A stretch of 64,000 bases of DNA, taken from NCBI GenBank assembly GCA_900617105.1, contig UYFQ01000001.1, forward strand, positions 2,852,001 through 2,916,000, read 5' to 3'. This document shows positions 51,322-60,182 of this stretch, piece after piece (position 1 is the first letter of the stretch; each line of letters starts with the position of its first letter). This DNA comes from Hydrurus foetidus (lineage: Eukaryota). Both the position numbers and the translations under genes were made by a program. The notes under the pieces are model-generated. The model was not told the origin of the DNA. It made no database searches and saw only the letters and a program-made list of their open reading frames with translations.

Positions 51322-52251
51322 ATGAACACCGACACAACGTTTGAAATGTCTACGCTGCGGTTTGACGGCGATCGTTTCAATGGGCATGCCCTGGATGTGG
51401 ACTGCACCCAGGAATTGATCGCATACCGCAACCTTGTGTTGGAGTGCGCCAAGTCCTTGTGGCGGGTCAAGTACCCGAACCGATCCAACTTGCCCAAGGG
51501 TTTCGAAAAAGGTTTTCGCCTGCAATTCAATCGGGTGGAAGATGGCTCTGCGATGGTACCGTTGCAGCGCGTGCGCACGGTAGATGCGCAGGGTGATTTG
51601 GATCTAAATGACGAATTCGACGAAGCAGTTGGTCTGATTGACCAAGCCATCAGGGCTGCTAATGATGAAGACTTGCTTCCTGCGGGTTTGCCATCCAACG
51701 TTATCCCCCTGTTTCGTGATTTTGGAAAAACTTTGCGAGATGACGAGGTGCTGTTCACGCGCGGACGAGGCAATCAATTAGAAGCGCCCTACACGGCCAA
51801 GGCACGTCAGCGCTTGGCGAATTGGATTGAACCCTGCTATGAAGACACCGTGTCGGTGTCCGGCGAGGTCCGAATGGCTAGTGTGGGGCCGGGGCGCTTT
51901 TCTCTGCAGGTAGATCGCGTGGGGGGCCAGGCTGTTATTGACGGCAGATTTTCGCCCACAGATGAGTCCAAAGTGCTGGCAGCGTTACAACAGCATCGGA
52001 CTGCACGGCTGCAGGTTAGAGGTTTGGGCGAATTTGGCACTGCTGATCGTTTGTTAAAACGGTTCTCCAGGGTCGATCATGTCGATTTCGTGCCGGCGGA
52101 GGTCGCTTATGACGAGTCGGTTGCGCCCATCTGGGAGCAGCTCAGCTCGATTGGGCAGCAAGCACCCCCGACTGCTTGGGAGGCTGTGCCAACAGACCTG
52201 TCAGTCCGGTTGGATGAAATTGTGTACGGAGCCGGAGCGTCGCGCACATGA
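51322..52251 (+). CDS. 309-aa hypothetical protein with a C-terminal antitoxin-like tail
   Basis: Ends PIWEQL...WEAVPTDLSVRLDEIVYG; ATGA overlap with the PIN gene. Confidence 0.75.
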   Translation: MNTDTTFEMSTLRFDGDRFNGHALDVDCTQELIAYRNLVLECAKSLWRVKYPNRSNLPKGFEKGFRLQFNRVEDGSAMVPLQRVRTVDAQGDLDLNDEFDEAVGLIDQAIRAANDEDLLPAGLPSNVIPLFRDFGKTLRDDEVLFTRGRGNQLEAPYTAKARQRLANWIEPCYEDTVSVSGEVRMASVGPGRFSLQVDRVGGQAVIDGRFSPTDESKVLAALQQHRTARLQVRGLGEFGTADRLLKRFSRVDHVDFVPAEVAYDESVAPIWEQLSSIGQQAPPTAWEAVPTDLSVRLDEIVYGAGASRT

Positions 52252-52667
52252 AGACCGTTTTTGCCGACACTGGATATTGGATCGCGTTGCTAAACCCAAG
52301 GGATGATTGGCATAGCCGTGCGGTTGATGCGTCCAAGGCCCTCGGTAAAGTCAGGCTTATCACCACAGAAATGGTACTTGATGAGTTACTCGCGGCCTTG
52401 TCTAAAGTGCCAGTGCGTGGGCTGGCTATCTCCGGCGCTAATGCGATACGCAACAACCCAAATACAGAAGTTGTGCCCCAAACTTCGATCCAGTTTGGCG
52501 AGGCTTTTGATATGTACCGGCGTATGCCTGACAAGGAGTGGAGTCTTACGGACTGCGCCTCTTTCGTGCTGATGAAGCAACGAGGTATTTCAGAGGCTCT
52601 GGCACATGATCACCATTTTGAGCAGGCAGGGTTCGTTTCTTTGCTGCGAGCTTCTGTATCCAGATGA
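52248..52667 (+). CDS. PIN-domain (VapC-like) ribonuclease
   Basis: VFADTGYWIALLNPRDDWH, VLDE, KEWSLTDCASF, DHHFEQAGF. Confidence 0.92.
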   Translation: MKTVFADTGYWIALLNPRDDWHSRAVDASKALGKVRLITTEMVLDELLAALSKVPVRGLAISGANAIRNNPNTEVVPQTSIQFGEAFDMYRRMPDKEWSLTDCASFVLMKQRGISEALAHDHHFEQAGFVSLLRASVSR

Positions 52668-52705
52668 TTTGCCCGCGCGCTTGAGCTGGCGGTGGTTTTA
52701 AAAAA

Positions 52706-52903
52706 TTATCGCGCGCTCGAAGCGGCACGCTGCAGCCAGTACGCAGTGAAAGTGCGGGTGTCTGTAACGCCAACAGCCTTGATGGCACGCTCAAAGGGCT
52801 GGCGAATGCCTTCTATGCCAGACGACGTTCTTGCAGAGACAATAAGGCTTGCTTTAGCCGCAGTTTTGTCGAGCAGAAACGGGTTGGACTGTGAAAGTTT
52901 CAT
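52706..52903 (-). CDS. Small protein with an SxxxEG motif (possible Fic antitoxin)
   Basis: MKLSQSNPFL...SARTSSGIEGIR. Confidence 0.45.
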   Translation of the reverse strand: MKLSQSNPFLLDKTAAKASLIVSARTSSGIEGIRQPFERAIKAVGVTDTRTFTAYWLQRAASSAR

Positions 52904-52953
52904 CCGCCCCACTTTACCTGTTGGGCATAAAAAAGACCACTCAAGAAAGACGC

Positions 52954-54465
52954 ATGAACTCAGCCACCATCGTCCAGAAACTCTGGAACTACTGCAACGT
53001 GCTGCGCGACGACGGCATGAGCTATGGCGACTATGTGGAGCAGCTGACTTACCTGCTGTTTCTCAAAATGGCTGACGAGCGCAGCAAGCCGCCGTTTAAC
53101 CTGACCGGTGAATCACCCAGCCCCATTTTGAAGGGCTATGACTGGCCGTCGCTGCTGGCCAAAGACGGCGACGAGCTGTTTGACCACTACCGTCACACGC
53201 TTGAAAAGCTGGGGGCCGAGAAGGGCACGATTGGCTTGATTTTTGCCAAGGCTTTGAACAAGTTTCAAGACCCAGCCAAGCTGCGCCGCCTGGTGGTGGA
53301 CTTGATTGACGGCGAAAACTGGTCGGCCATGGGCGCAGATGTGAAAGGTGATGCTTACGAAGGCTTGCTTGAGAAAAACGCGCAAGACACCAAGAGCGGG
53401 GCAGGGCAGTACTTCACGCCGCGCCCGCTCATCCAGGCCATGGTGGACTGCATCGCGCCCAAGGCGGGTGAAACGGTGTGCGACCCGGCTTGCGGGACAG
53501 GTGGCTTTTTGTTTGCTGCGCACAACCATGTGGCTGAGCACAACCCCAACCTGACGCGCGAGCAGAAAAAGCACCTGAAGGAAAAAGCCTTTGTGGGCTA
53601 CGAGCTGGTGCAAAGCACCGCCCGCCTGGCCGCGATGAACATGATGCTGCACGGTATTGGCAGCGATAAATCGGTGCCGATTGTGGTGGCCGACGCGCTG
53701 GCCGCTGACCCGGGCGAGCGCTTTGACGTGGTGCTGGCCAACCCGCCGTTTGGCAAGAAAAGCAGCACCATGATTACCGGGGCTGAGGGCAAGGTAACGA
53801 CTGAAAAAGACGTGATTGAGCGGGACGACTTTTGGGCCACTACCAGCAACAAGCAGCTCAACTTTGTGCAGCACATCAAGACGCTTCTCAAGCAGCATGG
53901 CCGTGCGGCTGTGGTGCTGCCCGACAACGTGCTGTTTGAAGGTGGCGCGGGCGAGACCATTCGTAAAAAGCTGCTGCATGAGTGCGATGTGCACACGGTA
54001 CTGCGATTACCCACCGGCCTGTTTTACGCGCAGGGCGTGAAGGCCAATGTGGTGTTCTTTGAGCGCAAGCCCGCCAGTGAAACACCGTGGACCAAAAAGC
54101 TGTGGATTTACGACCTGCGTACCAACCAGCACTTCACGCTTAAAACCAACCCGCTGCGGCGCGAGCACTTGGACGATTTCGTCAAGCTTTACAACCCGGC
54201 GAATCGACATGACCGTAAGGCAACCTGGTCACCTGAATCCCCAGAAGGCCGCTGGCGCGCCTACGACTACGCCGACCTGATAGCGCGGGACAAAGCCAGC
54301 CTGGACATTTTTTGGCTGAAAGACGACAGCCTGGCCGACAGCGACAACCTTCCGCCGCCGGACGTGATTGCGCAAGAAATTGCGGATGATCTGGAAGCTG
54401 CGCTGGAGCAGTTTCGTTTGATTGCAGGTGACTTGGTGAGCGAGCCTGTGCTATCGCCTCGTTGA
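52954..54465 (+). CDS. hsdM: Type I RM methyltransferase subunit M
   Basis: YVEQLTYLLFLKM, AGQYFTPR, DPACGTGG, NPPF. Confidence 0.96.
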   Translation: MNSATIVQKLWNYCNVLRDDGMSYGDYVEQLTYLLFLKMADERSKPPFNLTGESPSPILKGYDWPSLLAKDGDELFDHYRHTLEKLGAEKGTIGLIFAKALNKFQDPAKLRRLVVDLIDGENWSAMGADVKGDAYEGLLEKNAQDTKSGAGQYFTPRPLIQAMVDCIAPKAGETVCDPACGTGGFLFAAHNHVAEHNPNLTREQKKHLKEKAFVGYELVQSTARLAAMNMMLHGIGSDKSVPIVVADALAADPGERFDVVLANPPFGKKSSTMITGAEGKVTTEKDVIERDDFWATTSNKQLNFVQHIKTLLKQHGRAAVVLPDNVLFEGGAGETIRKKLLHECDVHTVLRLPTGLFYAQGVKANVVFFERKPASETPWTKKLWIYDLRTNQHFTLKTNPLRREHLDDFVKLYNPANRHDRKATWSPESPEGRWRAYDYADLIARDKASLDIFWLKDDSLADSDNLPPPDVIAQEIADDLEAALEQFRLIAGDLVSEPVLSPR

Positions 54466-54490
54466 AGTGGTGTACGGCCGGTAAAGGTCA

Positions 54491-54557
54491 TTTTTACTTT
54501 TAAAAAAGCCATCTAGCTCAATAAGTACGAGCGCTAACAGCTCACTATTTAATAGCA
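54491..54557 (-). repeat. Repeat A, copy 15 (right edge of the RM island; supplies the last codons and stop of the adjacent gene)
   Basis: GCCATCTAGCTCAATAAGTACGAGCGCTAACAGCTCACTATTTAATAGCA. Confidence 0.75.
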
Positions 54558-55117
54558 ACTTTAACCAGCATACGTCCAGCAGCAGCCAACCAAACCGCGC
54601 CCAGCAGCAAGCCCAGCGCTAACAGGCTCCAGCCTGTAGCGACTTGGCTGGCCTGCGAATACGCATTGCACAGCCGCAGGTCGGTGGTGGCGAAGTAGAT
54701 GCCTAGCCAACACATCATCGACACCCAGTAGCCCATGAAGAACAACTGCAGCGCCAGGGGTGCGCGGTTGAAGGCGCCTTGCAGCAACATGCCGCTGATA
54801 AAAAGTGTGAGCAGTTTGAGCGCGTCAAAGCCGGGGTTGACGACGGCGCGGTCGATGGCCAGCGGCAGCATCCAGTAGGCGACGATGCCTTGCGCGGCCA
54901 TGAAACCGGTCAGGCCGAAGTGATTGAAATTAACTAATTTGGCCGATTGCAGACCAGCAGGCATTGCCATCGCAGCCAACGCGCCGGCCAGCACCAGCAA
55001 AGGCATTTGCACCACCATGTGCCAGGCCATGCTTTGCTCAATCACACTGCGCATGGGCGGCACGGACATCGCCACGGCAATTGCTGCAGTGATGGCGGCC
55101 GCAAGCGCACGCATCAT
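54545..55117 (-). CDS. Membrane protein, CtaG/DUF1404-like oxidase assembly factor
   Basis: HMVVQMPLL, YWMLP, RLCNAY; end of the oxidase cluster. Confidence 0.65.
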   Translation of the reverse strand: MMRALAAAITAAIAVAMSVPPMRSVIEQSMAWHMVVQMPLLVLAGALAAMAMPAGLQSAKLVNFNHFGLTGFMAAQGIVAYWMLPLAIDRAVVNPGFDALKLLTLFISGMLLQGAFNRAPLALQLFFMGYWVSMMCWLGIYFATTDLRLCNAYSQASQVATGWSLLALGLLLGAVWLAAAGRMLVKVAIK

Positions 55118-55818
55118 GGCGCGGCTGCAGAATGAATTGCGGGCACGAAAGCAAGCGCGGCGTCCAGCGCCGTATTGAAATCGTTGTAGTCGACGATGCG
55201 GGTCAACATGCCGCTGCTGGTCACGACATGCAGGGCAGCGTTGTGCTCAAACTCGCCGAGCGGCGCGGGCAGCACCATGATGCCGAATGCGTCTAACAAA
55301 CGGCGGCGATCTTGCCAGTGGGTCAGCGTGACGATTTGCCAGACCCGCGGGTTCATGCCCACGCGTTTGGCGTAGTCCGTCAGCGCGATGGCGTCGTCAT
55401 TGGCGGGGTCAAAGCTGATCGACAGCAAGCCGACTTTGCCTTGCAGGCCGCGCGCCTCAATTTGCGTTTGCAGTTGCTGGTAGGTGGAGCCGAGCGATGT
55501 GCACAGGGTTTGGCAGCGCGTGTAGACAAAATCAACCAGCCACACTTTGCCGCTGGGCCCCAGCACTGCCGCGAGTTGTGTACGCTGCCCGCTACTTAAT
55601 GTCACGTCAAAAGCGGGGACGCGCTCGGCTTGTTGGCTGATGTGTTGTCTGCGCAATGTCTCGGTAGTGAAGCTTTGACCGCCGCCTGTTGCCCCTAGCA
55701 AAACGAACAATGAACCTAGCAGCACGGCGGTAGCAGCCGCAAAGGTTTTGAGCAGCGTGCTGCCCGTGGGAGCACGCACCACGGACTCTTCAAGAGTCGG
55801 GTTTGATGGCTGTTCCAC
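55114..55818 (-). CDS. SCO family copper chaperone
   Basis: FVYTRCQTLC (CxxxC), SISFDP, FEHNA; true start may be GTG near 55782. Confidence 0.9.
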   Translation of the reverse strand: MEQPSNPTLEESVVRAPTGSTLLKTFAAATAVLLGSLFVLLGATGGGQSFTTETLRRQHISQQAERVPAFDVTLSSGQRTQLAAVLGPSGKVWLVDFVYTRCQTLCTSLGSTYQQLQTQIEARGLQGKVGLLSISFDPANDDAIALTDYAKRVGMNPRVWQIVTLTHWQDRRRLLDAFGIMVLPAPLGEFEHNAALHVVTSSGMLTRIVDYNDFNTALDAALAFVPAIHSAAAP

Positions 55819-56395
55819 CGGCGTAGGGCTCTGTTCTGGCTTTGGTTAATTCACGCTGGCTTTTTATTGTTTCAGCTTTGATAGGCGGTGCGGCATTGCC
55901 CCAATCAGAGCGAATGTAGGTCAGTACTGCCGCCAGCTCATCGTCGCTGAGCGTGTTCCACGCGGGCATGGCGCCTTTGTAGGTGTTGCCTTTAACAATC
56001 ATTTCTCCGTTGATGCCATGCAGCAAAATATTAGACAGAATTTTTTCGTCACCCAGCACCCATTCAGACGCCGCCACCGGCGGAAACACCCCGGCCACGC
56101 CCAGGCCGCTGCCTTGGTGGCAGGCCGCGCACTTGGCACCGAACAACTGCTTACCGTCCACTGCAGGCGCAGCGCCAACAACGGCCACCACAGGCCTGAG
56201 GCTGGCCACGCTGCGCTGGTCGCCAAAAGACGAGTCTTCGCCCGACGGCGTGCTGACAATGTAAAAAGCGCCCCACATTGCCATGGCGCCGAGTGACATG
56301 ACCAAGAACCATGGCAGCGGCCGATTGCTTTCGTTCGGGTCTTCCTTTTCGCGGTCGCGCTGGGCTGAGCTTGGCTTTTTTGGATCAGTGCTCAT
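55790..56395 (-). CDS. Membrane-anchored monoheme cytochrome c
   Basis: One TM helix, CAACH, MPAW. Confidence 0.9.
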   Translation of the reverse strand: MSTDPKKPSSAQRDREKEDPNESNRPLPWFLVMSLGAMAMWGAFYIVSTPSGEDSSFGDQRSVASLRPVVAVVGAAPAVDGKQLFGAKCAACHQGSGLGVAGVFPPVAASEWVLGDEKILSNILLHGINGEMIVKGNTYKGAMPAWNTLSDDELAAVLTYIRSDWGNAAPPIKAETIKSQRELTKARTEPYAGGTAIKPDS

Positions 56396-57036
56396 GGTTT
56401 GCTAACGGTTGAAGGTGCTGGCAACGCGGGCAGAGGCGTGTAGGTGTGGTCCAGCCCAATCAGGTAGCTGACGAGCGCCAGCACCTCGGGCTTGGCAATC
56501 ACCACCTCGCCCGGTTTTGTTAAAGCAGGCGGCAGCGTGATGGCCGTTTCACCTGGCTTGGCTTGGCCTTTTCGCACTTCAAACAAGTACGGGTACGACG
56601 GCATGATGGAGCCGGGCGTGTACGCGCGTGGCTGGTACAAGTGACCCAGATGCCAGTCTTTGCTAGGCTGACGCGCGCCAATGTTGAATAAATCAGGGCC
56701 CGTGCGCATGGTGCCCAGCAGGTGCGGTGTGTCGTACGCGTAGTCGGCCGCCACCGATGCCCGGCCCCAACCGCGGGTGGCGTCCGGCGCTTGTTTGATG
56801 TCGCGCGGCTGCTGCGAATGGCAGTACACGCAGCCGTTGGCAATGTAGACCTGCCGGCCCGTTAACTGCACGCTGGTGTAGGGTTTGAGCCCAGCGGGCG
56901 GCTCAATGTTTTTAAGCAGCAGGTACGGCACCGCCACCATCAGCGCCGTAGCGCCGCCCAAGATAACCATGGCCCCCGAGACAATGCGCAGCTCGTCCAT
57001 TTCCCAAAAACTTTTGCTGGTTTTACCGGCGTTCAT
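56392..57036 (-). CDS. ccoO: cbb3-type oxidase subunit II-like
   Basis: GCVYCHSQQ, GTMRTGPDL, SIMPSY. Confidence 0.88.
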   Translation of the reverse strand: MNAGKTSKSFWEMDELRIVSGAMVILGGATALMVAVPYLLLKNIEPPAGLKPYTSVQLTGRQVYIANGCVYCHSQQPRDIKQAPDATRGWGRASVAADYAYDTPHLLGTMRTGPDLFNIGARQPSKDWHLGHLYQPRAYTPGSIMPSYPYLFEVRKGQAKPGETAITLPPALTKPGEVVIAKPEVLALVSYLIGLDHTYTPLPALPAPSTVSKP

Positions 57037-58688
57037 GCGGGTGCTCCTTTGCGCATAAATCGGGCCAGCGTTGGGTCAAGCAGTGTCGCGCCCAATCGCT
57101 TCGGCCCAAACTTCCAACCCATCGCAAAAAAGTGCGTGGCAAACACCAAGTGCCCCAGCGTCATCAAGCTGCCGCCCACCGAGCGGGCTTTAAGGTAGGG
57201 CGCCATCAGCGCGACCGACGCCATGAAAGGCGTTTTTTCGTCCAGCATGGCCAAGCCTTGCAACCAGCCGCCAATCGACAAGCCGATGAAGTAAATCGCA
57301 AAGCCAATCAACACCAACCAAAAGTGCAGCGATATCAGGCGCGGGTACGGCCATTCCCAGTTCATCACGCGAGGCATGATGAAGTAGATTGAGCCAAACA
57401 TCACCATCGAGAAAAAGCCGTACAGGCCCAGGTGCGCATGCGCCACGGTGTAGTGGGTAAAGTGCGTAATGGTGTTGATGCTGCGCAACGCCTGCATCGA
57501 GCCTTGCACCGACGCCGCGGTGTACATCACTGCGCCCAACATAATAAAGCGCAGCGTTGGCGAGTACAGCAATGCCCGAAAGTTGCCCGCCACCGTCATG
57601 TGCTGGTTAACGGCCACAGCAAACACGGGAATCAACATCATCATGCTTTGCACGATTGAAATGGTGATCAGCCACGACGGCACAGGCCCACCTATCAAGT
57701 GGTGGCCGCCGACCTGGCTATAGAAAAACGCCAGCGACCAAAAGCCCAGCAGCGACAAGTTGTACGAATGAATCGGCTTGCCCAACACTTTGGGAATGAA
57801 ATAGTAAGACGCCGCCAATGCCAGCGGCGTGAACCACAGGCCCAGCACGTTGTGGCCAAACCACCAATTCACCGAGGCCTGCTGCACGCCAAAATGCAAA
57901 CCCGGAATGTTGGCAATTAAAAACAAAATCGGAAACCACAACAGGCCAGCCGCAATGTACCAAACCGACACGTACAAATGTTTGACCTTGCGTTTAAGCA
58001 GCGTTAGCCAGAGCGGAAAACCCACCAACGCGCCGGCAACTACCAGCAAAATGTCAATCTGCCACGGGTATTCAAGCCACTCCAGCCCGTCTGAATAACC
58101 CATGCCGATGGCGACTGAGCCGGCGGTGACGCCGATGCTCCACAGCGCGCCGCCCACTAGCGCGTACTTAGCCCCGACCAACTCGGTTTTAAGCAAACGT
58201 GGAATCAGCCAAATCGCCACGCCAATGCCGGCCAGCGAGCACCAACCGTAGGCAACTAAATTTAAATGAATGGGGCGAATACGACCAAACGTGAGCCATT
58301 CATATTGCACCCACCAGTCAGGTGCGTGCAGTTTGATGGATGAAATCAAACCTGCAAAAGACGCCAGCACCAGCCACACCACCGCCAGCGTCAGGCAAAC
58401 ACCGACCACCAGCGAAGTAGATTGATCGGCCTTGCTGCGTGAATCTTCTTCAGCTTGGGTCATGGTGAGCGCCGCGTCTTGCGGATCCATGGCGCGCTGC
58501 AATTGGCCTTTTTGTACAGCAGTGGCGGCAGGGTCTTCAGTTTGGCCCAGCTCGTTGGGCGCAAAAATCTCGGTGGCGGCAGCAGTGCCATCACCAAACA
58601 AGCCGCTGGACAGCGACCAAATGAAAATGAACAGAGCCAGAATCGACAGCAAAAACGTGCCGAGCAAAACGCCTACAGTGAAATCCAT
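57033..58688 (-). CDS. ccoN: cbb3-type oxidase subunit I-like
   Basis: FGRIRPIHLN, WWFGHN, GGHH, AHAHLG heme/CuB ligands. Confidence 0.9.
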   Translation of the reverse strand: MDFTVGVLLGTFLLSILALFIFIWSLSSGLFGDGTAAATEIFAPNELGQTEDPAATAVQKGQLQRAMDPQDAALTMTQAEEDSRSKADQSTSLVVGVCLTLAVVWLVLASFAGLISSIKLHAPDWWVQYEWLTFGRIRPIHLNLVAYGWCSLAGIGVAIWLIPRLLKTELVGAKYALVGGALWSIGVTAGSVAIGMGYSDGLEWLEYPWQIDILLVVAGALVGFPLWLTLLKRKVKHLYVSVWYIAAGLLWFPILFLIANIPGLHFGVQQASVNWWFGHNVLGLWFTPLALAASYYFIPKVLGKPIHSYNLSLLGFWSLAFFYSQVGGHHLIGGPVPSWLITISIVQSMMMLIPVFAVAVNQHMTVAGNFRALLYSPTLRFIMLGAVMYTAASVQGSMQALRSINTITHFTHYTVAHAHLGLYGFFSMVMFGSIYFIMPRVMNWEWPYPRLISLHFWLVLIGFAIYFIGLSIGGWLQGLAMLDEKTPFMASVALMAPYLKARSVGGSLMTLGHLVFATHFFAMGWKFGPKRLGATLLDPTLARFMRKGAPA

Positions 58689-58855
58689 AGTCCCATGCCT
58701 AAAGTTGTGTTTTAAGAAGTGTAGGCCTTGTTAATTTGCCTGACACGCCGGCGACGGATTGGTCACATCAAGGGCGCGGGTATCTGGCCTGCCGCAACGT
58801 AATGCCGAATGCCAGCCCTGCTTTGCAAAAAGCCAATACTTTCGGTTAACCGCCG

Positions 58856-58921
58856 TTTTTCTTGATTAAATTGACCTGTAGCCCAATAAATACGGGCGCA
58901 AACAGCTATTACTTTTATAGC
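58856..58921 (-). repeat. Repeat A, copy 16
   Basis: CCTGTAGCCCAATAAATACGGGCGCAAACAGCTATTACTTTTATAGC. Confidence 0.9.
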
Positions 58922-60025
58922 TTACGGAGCAGCTTCAACCACTACCGGCACTCGCTGCGCCAGGGCGCACATCAACTCGTAGCCGACTGTACCGGCGGCT
59001 TTGGCCACCTCGTCGATGGGCAATAACGCGCCGCTGGCAGATTTGCCCCACAAGGTAACTTCGCTGCCAATAGTTGCGGCGGGCACAGGGGTCAAGTCGA
59101 CGGTGACCATGTCCATACTCACGCGGCCGGCCAGCTGGCAGCGCACGCCATCGACCAGCAAGGGCGTGCCGTTAGGGCAGTGCCGCGGGTAGCCGTCGGC
59201 ATACCCACAGGCCACCACGCCGATGCGCATGGGCTGGGTTGCGATGAAAGTAGAACCATAGCCCACGCTGGCACCTGCATCCACTGACTGCACTGCTATC
59301 AGTTTTGACGCTAGTGTCATGGTGGGTCGCAAGCCCCAGTCGGCAGCGCTGTGATCAGGAAAATCAGGCGCGCTGCCGTACACCGCTATGCCGGGGCGAA
59401 TCCAGTCGGAGCGACCGGCCAGCACGCCGCTATGGCGCAGGTTGGCAGCGCTGTTGCTTAGCGATCGCTCGCCGGGCAAGTCTTGCGTGACTGAATCAAA
59501 CACCGCCAGCTGCGCGCTGATGCCTTTGGAGCCGTCGGCGTCTGAGAAATGCGTCATCAAGCAAATGTCATCGACTTGCGGCAACGCGTTCAGTCGTGTC
59601 CAGGCGGCGCGGTAGCGCTCCGGCGCAAAACCGAGGCGGTTCATGCCGGAATTCATTTTTAGATACACGCGGTGCTGAGCCGTGGTTTTGTGCGCGGCCA
59701 GCATGTCGATTTGCTCGTTGCAGTGCACCACGTACCACAGCCCCAAGCGCGAGCACAGCTCTAAATCGCGCGCATCAAAACAGCCTTCCAGCAGCAAAAT
59801 CGGCCCGCGCCAGTCGAGTGCGCGCAGGCGCTTGGCTTCGTCTAAATCCAGCAGCGCAAAGCCGTCGGCGTTTTTTAAGCCATCAAACACACGCTCAATG
59901 CCGTGGCCGTAGGCGTTGGCTTTGACGATGGCCCACGCGCGCGCATCAGGTGCGGCGGCTCTAGCCGCGGCCAGGTTGTGCGCCAGGGCTTGTTGATGAA
60001 TGGTGGCTTCAATAGGACGCGGCAT
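58922..60025 (-). CDS. alr: Alanine racemase
   Basis: [33 protein letters not shown]. Confidence 0.97.
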   Translation of the reverse strand: MPRPIEATIHQQALAHNLAAARAAAPDARAWAIVKANAYGHGIERVFDGLKNADGFALLDLDEAKRLRALDWRGPILLLEGCFDARDLELCSRLGLWYVVHCNEQIDMLAAHKTTAQHRVYLKMNSGMNRLGFAPERYRAAWTRLNALPQVDDICLMTHFSDADGSKGISAQLAVFDSVTQDLPGERSLSNSAANLRHSGVLAGRSDWIRPGIAVYGSAPDFPDHSAADWGLRPTMTLASKLIAVQSVDAGASVGYGSTFIATQPMRIGVVACGYADGYPRHCPNGTPLLVDGVRCQLAGRVSMDMVTVDLTPVPAATIGSEVTLWGKSASGALLPIDEVAKAAGTVGYELMCALAQRVPVVVEAAP

Positions 60026-60182
60026 GAACACAATTATCAGAGATAGTTGAGGGTTTTTACTGCATGGCCGCGTGCTATAAACTGGAACTTGTCTTTGTAC
60101 TTATTTAAGCGCTATATCAAACTCAACTCAACTCTCGGCGTCGGCACTGCTGGCGCATGTTTGACGTGACCACACTCCTGCA

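Noticed and set aside
58755..58880. FNR boxes upstream of ccoN
   Set aside because: Only half sites (ATCAA, TTGAT) with the wrong spacing or partner; one overlaps the tail of repeat A.
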